A stretch of 64,000 nt of DNA. Source: Macrostomum hystrix (taxonomy: Eukaryota > Animalia > Platyhelminthes). Location: positions 10,602,001 to 10,666,000 of the forward strand of contig CATNEN010000003.1 of the NCBI GenBank assembly GCA_950097015.1. Direction: 5' to 3'. Position numbers and translations under genes: made by a program. Shown here piece by piece: positions 51,101 through 63,804 of this stretch; within the stretch, counting starts at the first letter, position 1, and every line of letters begins with the position of its first letter. The notes under the pieces were generated by a model, which was not told the origin of the DNA, made no database searches, and saw nothing but the letters and a program-made list of their open reading frames with translations.

Positions 51101-52840
51101 GTGAGAATTCACGCCTGGTCGGTCCGGGCCAACCAGGTGGGGCAGACGCCAACAACCCCGTCAACTCTACCCCTGGACTGGAGTCCCAGCCAATCAGATT
51201 GTGATCCGGCCTCGATTAATTTCTATAGGCTATAGGAAGTGGCCGCAAGTCTACTGGGATTCCACCCATCAGGCTCAAGCTGCCAGTCTGACAGCCACCC
51301 CGCCAACCGCCCTATCAGGGGTCGGTTCAGTTTATTTAATAAAACGCGTTTTCGCCGTTTACGAAAACTCCTACTATTCGGGCCGTTATCGCTTAGACCA
51401 TCTGATTCGCCTCACCTCGTGAGAAGCAAGAAAGTCGCGCTCTAAGCGTGTGATTGCCCAGCTTTGATTGTTCCATCCCATTCCCGACCACAAGCTGCTT
51501 GTCAGTTAAGTAGCTCTCGGCGTTCCGCTTCTTGAGAGTGCGCCGCTGGTCAAGAGTGGTCTAGTTAGGTGCCTGCAGTCAAATTCAGCAAGTGCTCACT
51601 TCGGAGACTCCACCGTCTGGTAGGAGAACTAACCGATAGGATCTGTCGGAGCAGCGCCGAAAGCGGAGATAGCAGGGCCTCGTCCGCAGAGTAGGGCGTG
51701 AGCTATAGGCCAGTTCATATCAAAACTATAATTTCTCGTTTTTTTCTCATTCTGAGCCTCGCTATTTAACTACGTACTAATCTGTCAATCAATTCTGAGC
51801 AATTCATCTGTGTCAGTCTCGCGTTACCGTGTTTTGAATCATCCGAGTATACGTCTATAGTGAACGTGAAGGTAAATCGAGCTTCATTTGCTCTCCAAAT
51901 TAAATATACTGGTCTTTGTGTTCTAAATCTTTGTTTATTTTCTCTGTAAGATTGTCGTGAGCGTCTACATCAACTCCTGGAACTCATCATCAACATCCAT
52001 CACCCCTGCTACTATTGAACTGATTGGTAGGACACCGACCCAGGTGAGTTGACAATTAGTAACTAGCTTAATATCCTCTTGATGCTACAAGTACTCGTAG
52101 GTTTGTCGCGAATCTACGACAACAAATCTACGACTCTACTGCTTTTGCGAGCATAAGAGTAGTCTATGTCGCAAATTTAGATTATGATGTGACGTTGTCA
52201 CTTGCTGAAGCTAATATTAAATCCCAACCTGCGTACTTATTTTGGCCGTTTAACTAATGTCATTTAACTATCACCAACTTCTGCGGTTTCGTATAATTAT
52301 TTATAATTGTTAGAGTACTACTGTAAGTAGACGCCAATGTACATCACGCCACCCTAGCTTGTTTTCTACGCGTGTTTCAATGTTAACTACCCCGGCCAAT
52401 GAGCGTGCGAGCTCTTTCTGACTAGATTTATCGATCGCTCTGTTTATTCTGCGGGCTAGTTTATTTAACTAGGGCTCCTGAGCCCGCTCGCGCTTCACTG
52501 TCTCTGTCTCTTTCCGCGCGCTCCACTGTCCTTATCCGCCGGCCACTCTGTTTGTTACCCTGCTCTTGAACCGACCTGTCTACCCCTCTCGTCCCGGCCA
52601 CTGTTATTTGCCTAGTATTCGTCCTGTCAATTACTTACTTCTCTACTAAAATTTATTGCACCTATTGCATTGTTACCGTGCCCAAATTGCGCCTGCCCAA
52701 ATCATCCTGCTTGTCGCATGTCCCAGTGCGAATAAACTAAAATCAAGATAAAAGTGCTACCGCTACACTCACTCACGAGAACTCTAACTTCAATTGGGAT
52801 TGAGTTACGCCTGACTCTGTTTGCCAGTTATTTCGTCACA
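51101..52840. mobile_element. Possible solo LTR or other TE insertion
   Basis: Non-coding, relatively GC-rich 1.7-kb block in AT-rich flanks; starts GTGAGAA, ends CGTCACA; CCAAT near 51190, AATAAA near 52731; no TSD found. Confidence 0.3.
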
Positions 52841-53706
52841 ATGATTTTACATATTTACGGCTTTAGCAGAGCAAAAGAAATTCCGCAAATAATTATAGAC
52901 TAAAAACAAAAATAAGGCTTTAAAAACAAATAAACAAGACACGACTAGAATAATTCTCTGAAATCATTATATTTGCCAAAGTTATTCTATAAATAAAAAA
53001 AACAATAATTAGGAATTTCACAATTAAAATCTAAAAGGCGTTGAGAGAGTTTTAATTTTTTTATTTAAAGTCATCAAGAAAGAGATTTGAGTTTGAATTT
53101 TTTATCAATAATCTGTCTCGTTTAAGTATAAAGAATATATTTTTTTATCATAAGTTCTAGCATTAAAACAAACAATCCAGCAGCATATGTGATCAAAATT
53201 CATAAAGTCAATCTTGAGAATATTATAAAATGAGAGCGAGCTTGAACATGGTACACATGGTATACATGTATTTTTGATGAGAAATTTTTTAACTCTACAA
53301 TCAAAAACTGTCTTTAACCATGTACTAGTATGTTAAAAACATGTATGTTATTACAAACTTTTATTTCCAAAGGTTGAAAACTAAAACTGACATGCAGGGT
53401 CAAAATTTGTATCGCAATCCTCCTTATGTTGAGTGAAAAGTATCTGAAAAAAAAGTTTTTTAAGAGACTAAGAAGTCTCTCAGTTTTGCATAGTTTTCTT
53501 TGAAAAAAACCGCCTAAAACTCTTTTATCTTTACTGTTCAGTAGTTTACTATGCGCATGTGCGATATTTGTGTTTCTAATTTTAGCAACAAAAAACTAAA
53601 AATAGTTCGCACATTGGCGAATTTTCACCCTAAGCCAGTCAGCTCATTTTGCATTTGTTGCGGTCCATTTTTCTAAATTCTATTTTTATTTGGAATCAGA
53701 AACAAG

Positions 53707-56700
53707 TTAAAGATCGTCATAATTTGGTGACTGCAAGTCATGCCCACCATTTTCGGGATCGTCTGGTTCGTCATTGTCTTCGTCTCGATATTCAGTTTCG
53801 TCTGGTTTCGGCGGTTGCTGCTGCGGCTCTGTGGGATTGACAAACGCTTAGTTATAAATTAGACAAGTGTATCTAAACAAAGTACTAGCTCTAATATATT
53901 TATAGGAATAACGTGCCTTACCCCGCAACTTTATATTATTGTCCTGCTCCTGATAATCACCCAGACTTCTTAACGAAGCCGTGGCATCTGGCCTGTACTT
54001 TTGCGAGTTTTTTGTTTTTCTTCTTCGTCGTTCTTTTTTCGTTGGTTTTTTTCTCGTTTGCTTAGCAGCCATAAGTTGCTCTAAAATTGTCCGTCTAGCA
54101 TCGATTTGGCTCGATAAAATAGGTGGATCGCGTGTGAGATCGAGCCTTTCCAGCGCCAAATTAGCTTTTAAGTACCAGTTCTGTTAGGAAAGGTGTTTAA
54201 AAACAAAATGGTGTTTTTGTTTCACCATTTCATGGGTAGATCAGTCAATTCAAATAATTGGTGAGTCTCAGAAAAGGGGTACTGAAGGATCTGAGGGAAG
54301 GGACACTGAAGAATCTGAGGGAAGGGTCACTGAAGGATCTGAGGGAAGGGACACTGAAGAATCTGAGGGAAGGGTCACTGAAGGATCTGAGGGAAGGGAC
54401 ACTGAAGTATCTGAGGGAAGGGACACTGAAGAATCTGAGGGAAGGGTCACTGAAGGATCTAAGGGAAGGGACACTGAAGAATCTGAGGGAAGGGACACTG
54501 AAGAATCTGAGGGAAGGGTCACTGAAGGATCTGAGGGAAGGGACACTGAAGAATCTGAGGGAAGGGTCACTGAAGTATCTGAGGGAAGGGTCACTGAAGG
54601 ATCTAAGGGAAGGGACACTGAAGAATCTGAGGGAAGGGACACTGAAGAATCTGAGGGAAGGGTCACTGAAGGATCTGAGGGAAGGGACACTGAAGTATCT
54701 GAGGGAAGGGTTACTGAAGGATCTGAGGGAAGGGTCACTGAAGTATCTGAGGGAAGGGTCACTGAAGGATCTGAGGGAAGGGTCACTGAAGTATCTGAGG
54801 GAAGGGTCACTGAAGGATCTGAGGGAAGGGACACTGAAGTATCTGAGGGAAGGGTCACTGAAGTATCTGAGGGAAGGGTCACTGAAGGATCTGAGGGAAG
54901 GGACACTGAAGAATCTGAGGGAAGGGACACTGAAGGATCTGAGGGAAGGGACACTGAAGGATCTGAGGGAAGGGACACTGAAGGATCTGAGGGAAGGGTC
55001 ACTGAAGGATCTGAGGGAAGGGACACTGAAGGATCTGAGGGAAGGGTCACTGAAGGATCTGAGGGAAGGGACACTGAAGGATCTGAGGGAAGGGACACTG
55101 AAGAATCTGAGGGAAGGGACACTGAAGTATCTGAGGGAAGGGACACTGAAGTATCTGAGGGAAGGGACACTGAAGGATCTGAGGGAAGGGTCACTAATGG
55201 ATCTGAGGGAAGGGACACTGAAGTATCTGAGGGAAGGGACACTGAAGAATCTGAGGGAGCGGACACTGAAGGGACACTGAATTAGTCCACTGAAACATGA
55301 CCAACCTGAACATTCTGGATTGCCCTGAGTAGAGTCAAACTTGCAGTTCCCAGTTTCGCAGATAGTTTGGCATTTCTAATTGTACTGCTTAGTCGAGCCA
55401 TAGCTGGGGGCCGTTTAACTAGCTCATCAGCTCTATCGGACACTGCAGCGAATGCCGACTTGAACTTTTTCAACTCCTCATCTAGCACGGTTGCATTATT
55501 GACAGTTGACGGTAAATTCCCGCTAGCCAATAGTCGTTCGGCGCTAACCAACGCTGCCAGTAACTGACGCCTCTCTTTAGGATTTGAGCACAGCGCGTAC
55601 ACCGGAGTATTTGATTGTGTACTATTTTTACTATCACTGTTACTACCGCCCAGTAGTCTGCTGCGTGCATGAATAACTGCAGCTTCTAGATTGTTGCGAC
55701 TTAAAGAGACCGCGCGCATTGCTTCCTCGCGTTGGCGAAACTCGCTCACACTGCAGATTTAATCATATATGGGATAATTATAGAGGGAATTGTTGTGTTA
55801 CGACTTGCTAAAACGGCCCTTCTTAGGAACGCCGCTTACTTGTATTCTGGCTACTGCTAGTAGTTGCTTGTTTAGTTTGAAAATTATCAATCGACAATTG
55901 TTTTATACTAGACACAAGCTGCAGAGTACAATTGTCTTAAGAGTACAACATTGGATAATTCTATATTAACCACAAACCAAATGGGTATAATTAACTAGAA
56001 GGAATAGATTGGTGGCGTGAAAACTGAAATGAATTTGGCGATATTTCTACGTCATTCTTCGGGTATTGCTTGAATTTGTCATTCTCTTAAACGTGTTGGG
56101 ATAACTTTATGCATCCAGTATTGAGTTTCGCTTCAAAAATTTTATAGTGTTAGGTATTAGACAACTCACACAGCCTTAGCAACCAAACGTTGAGCCTCCG
56201 ATGGCATTTGATAACCGAACTCAACAGGCTGGAAGTTTATCGACTGGCGCTGAGTAGTGTCCGGCTTCTCAGCTGTCGATAGCACCAAGTCCAGCTTCTC
56301 TAATCGTATTAAGCCGCTGCTATCGTGTCGGAAACCTGCTTCTATTTTAATATTTGCTTTATTTTTTTCACTAGACACCCTACTGTTAGTAGAATTAACA
56401 GGATTTGCTGAGCGAAATCTGTTTAACAATCTGAATAAACCAAGTGTGCGATATTTAACCAGTAGAGAATTTCCGAGTGATCTGAAAGTTAGAATTTTTA
56501 TAATTTTCCTGATCCATAAATTAATTGTGTGAAAATTTTAATTCGTGACTTACCTTCGTTGAAATTCGCTTAAATGTGCCAAATTATTGTACTCCAACGC
56601 GATGTAGAAATCATGGCCAGTGACAGCTTCATTGACATCAAATGAAATTGTCTTATTTTGCGGAATCCGATCGCCGAGTTTCATTAATTGCTGACTGTGT

Positions 56701-59700
56701 GATGTCTGCTTGGATCCCGTCATATTTGACAACTTTTTTAAGAATAAAAAGAGCTTATTTAAAATTTAAAATACCACAGGATAGAATCACATTTAATGGT
56801 CTAATTTTAACTGCTCAGCTCTAGTATATGTTGGCGTTCTGGAGGTAGGTTTGAGGACGTAGAGTTCAGTAGTGTTTATGATCAGGAGATAATTGGAGTT
56901 CAGGAGATGATTGGAGTTCAGGAGATGATTGGAGTTCAGGAGATAATTGGAGTTCAGGAGATGATTGGAGTTCAGGAGATGATTGGAGTTCAGGAGATGA
57001 TTGGAGTTCAGGAGATGATTGGAGTTCAGGAGATGATTGGAGTTCAGGAGATGATTGGAGTTCAGGAGATGATTGGAGTTTATGTGGTTTTGGAGTTTAG
57101 GTGGTTTTGGAGTTCAGGTGGTTTTGGAGTTCAGGTGGTTTTGGAGTTCAGGTGGTTTTGGAGTTCAGGTGGTTTTGAAGTTCATGTGGTTTTGGAGTTC
57201 AGGTGGTTTTGGAGTTCAGGTGGTTTTGGAGTTCAGGTGGTTTTGGAGTTCAGGTGGTTTTGGAGTTCAGGTGGTTTTGGAGTTCAGGTGGCTTTGAACT
57301 TCAGGTGGTTTTGAAGTTCTGATGGCTTTGGATGACTTAATAGGCCAACTTGAAGAAGAGGCTTACCAAAACTACAGGAAACAGGTTTACATCGACCAGA
57401 AGCGTCAGTGCAGCAGTCTGTCCTCTTCCAGAAGAAATGCCACGCTCACTACTGACAACTGACAGCAAATGCTGAACTGCTCCAAGTGCTGCAGCTTCGT
57501 CTGTGTTGATAGAATGACCCAACTTGGATCTGGAAAATATTATAAGCCTTTTTACTAGCTAGGTAGATATATACTAGTCCGTGATTTAATTCTTGAGTCC
57601 ATGCTTAGTAGCACAAAACTTCCCTACTAGCTAAAAAATTAACAATACCTTCCAGTGACGTTAAGAAGCTCTTCTTGAACTAATGGACAGCGCGTACCAC
57701 CACCCATTAGTAGAATCTCTTCGCCAATATCATCGCCGCCTTGAATTGTGATTTCGACCACTCGACGTAATCTGCCAAGCAGGTCGGTCGTCAGGACTCG
57801 CAGTTGATCGCGCGTCATCGAGCCCACGCGTCGGTTGGCGCTGAGCACGCGAAAAAGGCGGCTGGCTGCTTGGCGCGCCTTAGCAACCGAAGTAGCGTCG
57901 TTAGCAACCGATTGTGCATCTTTCGAAATAAGCTTGGCGCTCTTATCCTTGAACTTTGGATTTGCAGAACCACGTCTATCATCTCTAGGATCTGATTTTG
58001 TATCCTTAACAACCGCACCAGCGTCATTAGTAACGGTGACATTCAGTCCAGCTAGGCGATCGATAAAATCGATAGCGCCTAGTGCTGCGTCATAGCCGAC
58101 ACTGTGAATGCGCAGAATTCTCAAAGCTCGGTTTTTTAGGCCGAGAACGCGACTATAAGCTGTAGAAAAAAATTATAAAATCTATCAATTTTAATTTTTT
58201 TCATAAAAACATTAAAATACGGTACTTACAAACTAGTGTTACTACAGTCGACGTAGCGCCCATGTCGAAAAATGTGTACTTTTTTGTCAAAGCGGCACCC
58301 ATGCCAGAGCCAAAGTTTACGGCAACTAAAATTATGAATCAGAAAAGCAAGTAAATGAGATAAAATAATTTAATTAGCATCTCTTTGTAGATTTTATTAC
58401 CGAATTTTTATCTCGATCGCTTCTACAGCGAGTCCTAAGCGGTAGAATGTCTAAGCAATCTCTTAATCTCTTAATTAGATAGGAAAAAAAATTATTTCTA
58501 GAAAAAGACACAAATTTAGGACAAAAAATGTTTAAAATAGTTTCAGAAAATTACACTAACAAAAATGTTTTTGATTTTAAATAATGGGATTAAATTTGGT
58601 TAATTTACAAACTTACAAAATTTACCAGCTACTCGTAGAAAGATTTACTTGTCACTGATTAGGATATTGCCAGGTGGGGAGACAATTATTTTCTAAGAGA
58701 TGATTTCCCAACTTACCCCCAGCCTAAACCAAAAGATTCTTGCAGGATAGCTGCGCAGTGGAGGGTCAATGGTTAAAATTTCCATCAACCCTATTGCCAA
58801 ATATGGTGACACTATTTGGTGACACTAGACCCGCAGCCAGCAAGGAGGCAATTCTGCCCATTTCGCTGACTCCTGAGCACACACGATACAGATACAGACA
58901 CTGTACGCAGGCACACGCTCACACAGGTGTGTACATCTGCTCTGATTCTCTCATCGTCAGGCAGTGTACACTCTCACTGTGCCTTGGAGGTTGGCACTCA
59001 GCGGCGTAAGTTGCAGGACAACCTCCCAAGCCTTCTCTCCGCGGCTGCGCCCCAAATTAATGTGACCTAGCCGCGGAATCGAGCTTAGGAACCTTGGTGC
59101 GAGAGTCAAACCCGTCTGAACACAAACGCCCCACGAACCTGCAGCATTGGAGTTGATCAGTCTGACAGAGCACATGCCAGCGTACTGAGCAGCTCTCAGA
59201 AGAGCCTGTCGCTCGGATTGACCCCAGAATGGCGGTACCGTCAGTGCCACTTCAATATCGCCTCTGTCTGCTGTTTTCGTATGGGCTACATCTTCAGATA
59301 AGAATACTAAGGCAGTCTCCATTGCTGCTTCTAGTAGCATCGCCGCCAGTTGTTCCACAGATAGTTGATGGTTACTAAGTAATTTTTTTTCAAATTAAGG
59401 CATATTTTTACAGTACAGTAGAATGATCACGAGGGGGTATTTCATATACCCACATATTTTCTGTATCTCTTGAAACACATATTCAACCAATCGCCATGAA
59501 TTTCCAGAACAGGGATTCAATTTTCCGTATGAAACAACATTCGGAATCACGAAACATCGGCATCGTCGAGATATTCAACGATTCTCGTCTCGACTTCGAA
59601 CCTCTCATGCAGCTAGGAACTCTACAACAGACTCATGTCGCTATGCATAACCTTTGGTCGACAAACTTCAATGATTTGACCCAATAAATGTCACTCTATG

Positions 59701-60528
59701 TATTAATTGTATTACTTACTCGTCCAGCAAAAACGCCAATGTGCCATCAATCCCAGTGACCAGACGATGGTGTGGATATCTAGTCTGGTACAGTCTCACA
59801 ATTGGACTGTTTAATTGTTGACCCAGCAATAATGGAATGTGTAAAAAAGCCTGCTTTGGCTGCTTTGTTGCCTGAAATGTTCAAAAAAAGTTTTTTTAAT
59901 ATCCTCTTTGTATTTTCGCAAAGTTAATAAAAATTTAGTCTCACAATTAACAGGGCCGAATCTCCAATTAGACGCTCTCCACTTCTAAATGCCACTGCAG
60001 TCGGTGTCTTTCGTTGGGCATCTCTGAATAATGATTTCAAATTATAATAAAAGTGCTTTAGTTTCCTTTAAAATATGAATTAGAGCCAACTTACCGATTT
60101 AGAGCTATGTCCATTTGCTTTCCAGGCTGAAAAAACAAGCATGGTTAAATAAACAGTAAATTTGTAAAATGGTTGCATTAAAAAGTAGGCTTACTTTCTT
60201 ACCTTCATTGCTGCTATTTTGATATAGTCATTTCCAAAGTCTATACCGATAAGGGACGTTGAGACTTGAGAAAATATGTGCAATGAAAGGAAATTAATAA
60301 TTAGAATGTTTTTTAATTTAGAGATAGTTATATTTTGCATGGTAAACTGCAGAGAGCAAAAGACTATTAGCATAATGTGATAAAGCATTACTTCATGGTT
60401 TACAATAATTTTTTTCACAAAAAATCCTAAATAAAATGAAAAGCAACAGTTCATTCAAGAATTTTAGACACCTTACCAACAAATCGCACGCATAGAAGTA
60501 TGATTACTAGCACTACCCCGTGCTTCAT
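53707..60528 (-). CDS. HYOU1: Hypoxia up-regulated protein 1 (Grp170/ORP150, ER Hsp70 family), divergent; ~14 exons
   Basis: Signal peptide MKHGVVLVIILLCVRFV; LIGIDFGNDYIKIA, PGKQMDIALN, RKTPTAVAFRSGERLIGDSA, LTVPPFWGQSERQAL, DMGAST, GGGTRCPLVQEEL, INTDEAAALGA, SRNNLEA; C-terminal YDDL. Confidence 0.85.
54278..55280. repeat. 24-bp minisatellite filling a HYOU1 intron
   Basis: (ACTGAAGGATCTGAGGGAAGGGAC)n; source of the LREGTLKD pseudo-ORF. Confidence 0.95.
56882..57320. repeat. Two-block 18/17-bp minisatellite in a HYOU1 intron
   Basis: (GATTGGAGTTCAGGAGAT)n then (GGTTTTGGAGTTCAGGT)n. Confidence 0.93.
58738..59112 (-). mobile_element. SINE family B copy in a HYOU1 intron
   Basis: Shares body with the 18203, 35435 and 36670 copies; head ends ~25 bp from the donor at ~59138. 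Confidence 0.8.
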
Positions 60529-61541
60529 TCTAAAACGACGTTTTAAGCATATAAATTAATAGCTTTTTAATGTGATTTAGTCATAACAACTATAATAAAT
60601 GTAATCACATTATGCAATCATTCGCAGATGAACGATTTCACTAACTCTTAATTTTTCAGCTCGCGCATTTCGGCAGCGATTCTTCTATAAAGATTTTTAT
60701 CAGCAGTGAAACTAGGAATTATCGTATCTTTACCTATATTTTACTGTCCAGACTCCTTGCTATAAGAGGTTTTAAATAATAGTTTATGACAGAACTTGTA
60801 CTTACAAAGTTCAGTTTTTTATAAAAAAATAACGTTTAAATGTGCTGCTGTTTTCAATGATATAAAATATAATTGCAAACAGCCTCTGCCCAAGGCGCAC
60901 GTTGTCATTTTTTGCTTGTGCCACGTAATCTTGAAATTGCGCGATGTTTAATTAAAAGCATCGCGTATTAAGAAAAAACTATTTTATATTTTCTCGCAAA
61001 TATTTTAAAAGAGAAAAAATATAAATAAATTAGGTATTATAAAAAATCTTCGTTCGCATTGTAGCTTTACTCAAATAAATATTTTTGTCGTTAAGTTACA
61101 GTCGAAGTGAGGCGCGGCTTCGGCCGGCTCGGCCTTGAACACCACAGGCCTACAACAATCAGTTTTCACAAATCGAAACTTAAGACGCTAGGCCTAGTCA
61201 TCGTTGAGTAACTGAAAATCAAGTGTTCACCGTGCTTACCTTTAGTCTTGAAGCTCTTTGTTCCTTTTATTGTACAATTTAATACCTAAACTTGAAATTT
61301 TATAAAGAATATTTATTGGCGTATAGGCCCTAGGCTAGACTAGACTCCGGCTCTTGATCAAGTAAAAGAGAAAACAAAACTAATTTGCTTTTTGGCCTAG
61401 ACCTACGCTAAGTAATCAATTTCAAAATAAAGTGTTTGGGTAATAGGCTATTAGCTAATCAATAGGTCACAGTTTTTTATTCTTGCAACTGTTTATTTTA
61501 GTCCATATATTTTCGTTTTGTCATCTGATTGACAGTTTAAA

Positions 61542-63418
61542 ATGTCTGTTGAAGGAGTTGACTATCAAAGAATAGCTAAGAAGCTTGAAAAAATGACATC
61601 AAAAAACAAAATCGTAAGTTATCTATGATTATAAATTAAGAATTTATCTTTGGTGCTCAGGTGGCACTATCTGGTTTTTGTTGTTTTTATTGCATATTTA
61701 CTAGTTTTTTGCAACAAGGCTTTGTTAGGCCTAGGCCTACCTAGTAATACTTAGACTTCTAACTACTACTCTTTGGTTTAACAGATGCTAGGCCTAGCTA
61801 GCAGCTGAATTGTTTTAGTTTATGGGAACCCCTAAAAGTGCATAGGCCTAAGTACTATTGTATAATGAAAAAATATTTAAGGCTTAAAAACTTTGTGAGT
61901 TTAGGGACTGCTCAAATAAACTGAATTCTTGAATTGGATTGACACTATTATTGTATTGCTTATTTTTTCTTCTATGCTGTTTACTGCAAGTAAATACATC
62001 ATTAAAGTAGTAAATTACAAGGGATCTTGCAAAAGTTTCCAGACTAGGCCTACTGCTCGTCATGGTGATAATTTTAGCCTGATTCAGCAAAAAATTTAAA
62101 CAGACAAACAGGCAACTGTATTTTATAATACTAAAAAGTTTCAGAAAGTTTGGAGTTGATGGTCCAAAGTAATAAGCAATTGTACACTAGATTATTATAG
62201 TCATGAAATACGTTTTCCAAGTTACAGCTACCAATCACTGTCACTGTCACTTCTATCGCCAGATGTGTCCACAGGTTGATTGCTGGCTTGCTCCACGTAT
62301 TCACCATTTACGGAGATGCATTTTCGGTAGCGCTGAATCAGCTTTGTCGAAGCCAGACTCCCAGAAGCTGGAATCGAACTGATGTAGAGACTTGTTGGCT
62401 GCTTTGATGACCTCCTCGCGCATTGTGAAGATCTCACCCCGCATTGGCATGTTCATTGGGCCAAAGAGGTGGAAATCGGCGACAGCGAGATTGGGACTGT
62501 AGGCTGGGTGGTTCAGCATTCGTTGGAAGCTGGCTTTCTTAGACCCGAACTCCGATGGATTCTTCGGTCGACTCATTTTCGCTCACTTTTAGTTTGTGAA
62601 AAATCGTGTCAACAGCTTCAAAGGGTTGCAACCTATTTTGGCCCTCATGTATGCTGTGGTTGACTGAGCTGCATAACATTTTAGGAAAAGTCTTTTCTAC
62701 GGCTGAATACCATGGACATCAATTTTCAGCCAAATCAAACACAAATTGTCACCAGGATTAGCATTAGTCCGGAAGCTTTTGCAACACCCCTTGTACAACA
62801 TCAAGTTTTATAGTTTTACAACTGCAACTACTAGCATAATAAAAAATTTAGCTGCAAAAGTGTGTTAAACTTTTTGCTTGCTTCTTAATCATCCTAAGAT
62901 GTCATCCTAAGATGTGATTAAAGACATTTAATTTAGGCAAGCATTTATTTCAATAGCTAATGAAAGCTAATGAAATAATTTTGTACATCTAAATAATACT
63001 TCCTAAAATAAAGTTACAAATATAATTACATACTATATTTATGAATATAGTAGTATAGATTAAGATTCTAAATCTTATTATCTCATTCAGATAATAAGAA
63101 ACATATTTATAATCATTTTTAATGGCATATTTGTCATTTAGACAAACAAATACAAGTAAGCAACCCTTGTCACAGTCAATTACCCCACCTGGTTAATTAA
63201 CTTCAAGATAATTTCTCAACCCTTGTATAGGATGAAGCCAAGGTAGGACGATATTTGACTCAATTGCGAGATGCCAGCATCACAATTGCTGTGCTACAGA
63301 AGACTGGCTTAGGCATCATTGTTAATAGACTGCGACGCGGCCTACAGTCAGATGCACTCCTAGCTGAGGCCAGGCAGCTCATCAAGAAGTGGAAGCGACT
63401 CTTGGACTCCGCTCAGCA

Positions 63419-63469
<51 letters not shown>

Positions 63470-63704
63470 GCAGCAGCAACAAGCGGCCACTGCTGAAAAT
63501 GGCGGTGGCCCATCCGAAGCTAAGAGGCAGCGCGTTGATAACGCCGAGGCCGATGATGCATCAGCCAGTCCGAATGGCTCGGAAGGTGGCGCCGTAGCTT
63601 CAAACGGCCCCACCGCAGCAGCAGCCGCGGTCACTTTCCAGGAATCTGAGCGCCTCCGGACTACAGACTCGGTGCGACTGAAGTGCCGAGAGATGCTGCA
63701 GCAG
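61542..63704 (+). CDS. TCEA1: Transcription elongation factor S-II (TFIIS/TCEA), 5' part; exons 61542-61613, 63231-63704; continues beyond the window
   Basis: RIAKKLEKM; ITIAVLQKTGLGIIVNRLR; ARQLIKKWKRLL (LW domain); TTDSVRLKCREML. Vertebrate paralog assignment is not resolvable. Confidence 0.88.
62016..62795 (-). mobile_element. Internally deleted mariner (Tc1/mariner) element
   Basis: TA-flanked TIRs TACAAGGGATCTTGCAAAAGTTTCCAGACT and reverse complement TACAAGGGGTGTTGCAAAAGCTTCCGGACT; frameshifted transposase C-terminus HPAYSPNLAVADFHLFGPM...RYRKCISVNGEYVE. Confidence 0.9.
63414..63482 (+). repeat. Coding CAG/CAA repeat, Q23, in the TFIIS linker
   Basis: 23 consecutive Gln codons. Confidence 0.95.
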
Positions 63705-63804
63705 GTGCGAAATAGAGCTTATTGTGCATTGCTTTTCCTATTATTATGATAGAATCTACTATATATGATCCCAATTTCCCATTTTACTAAGATCTAATTT
63801 CTTT

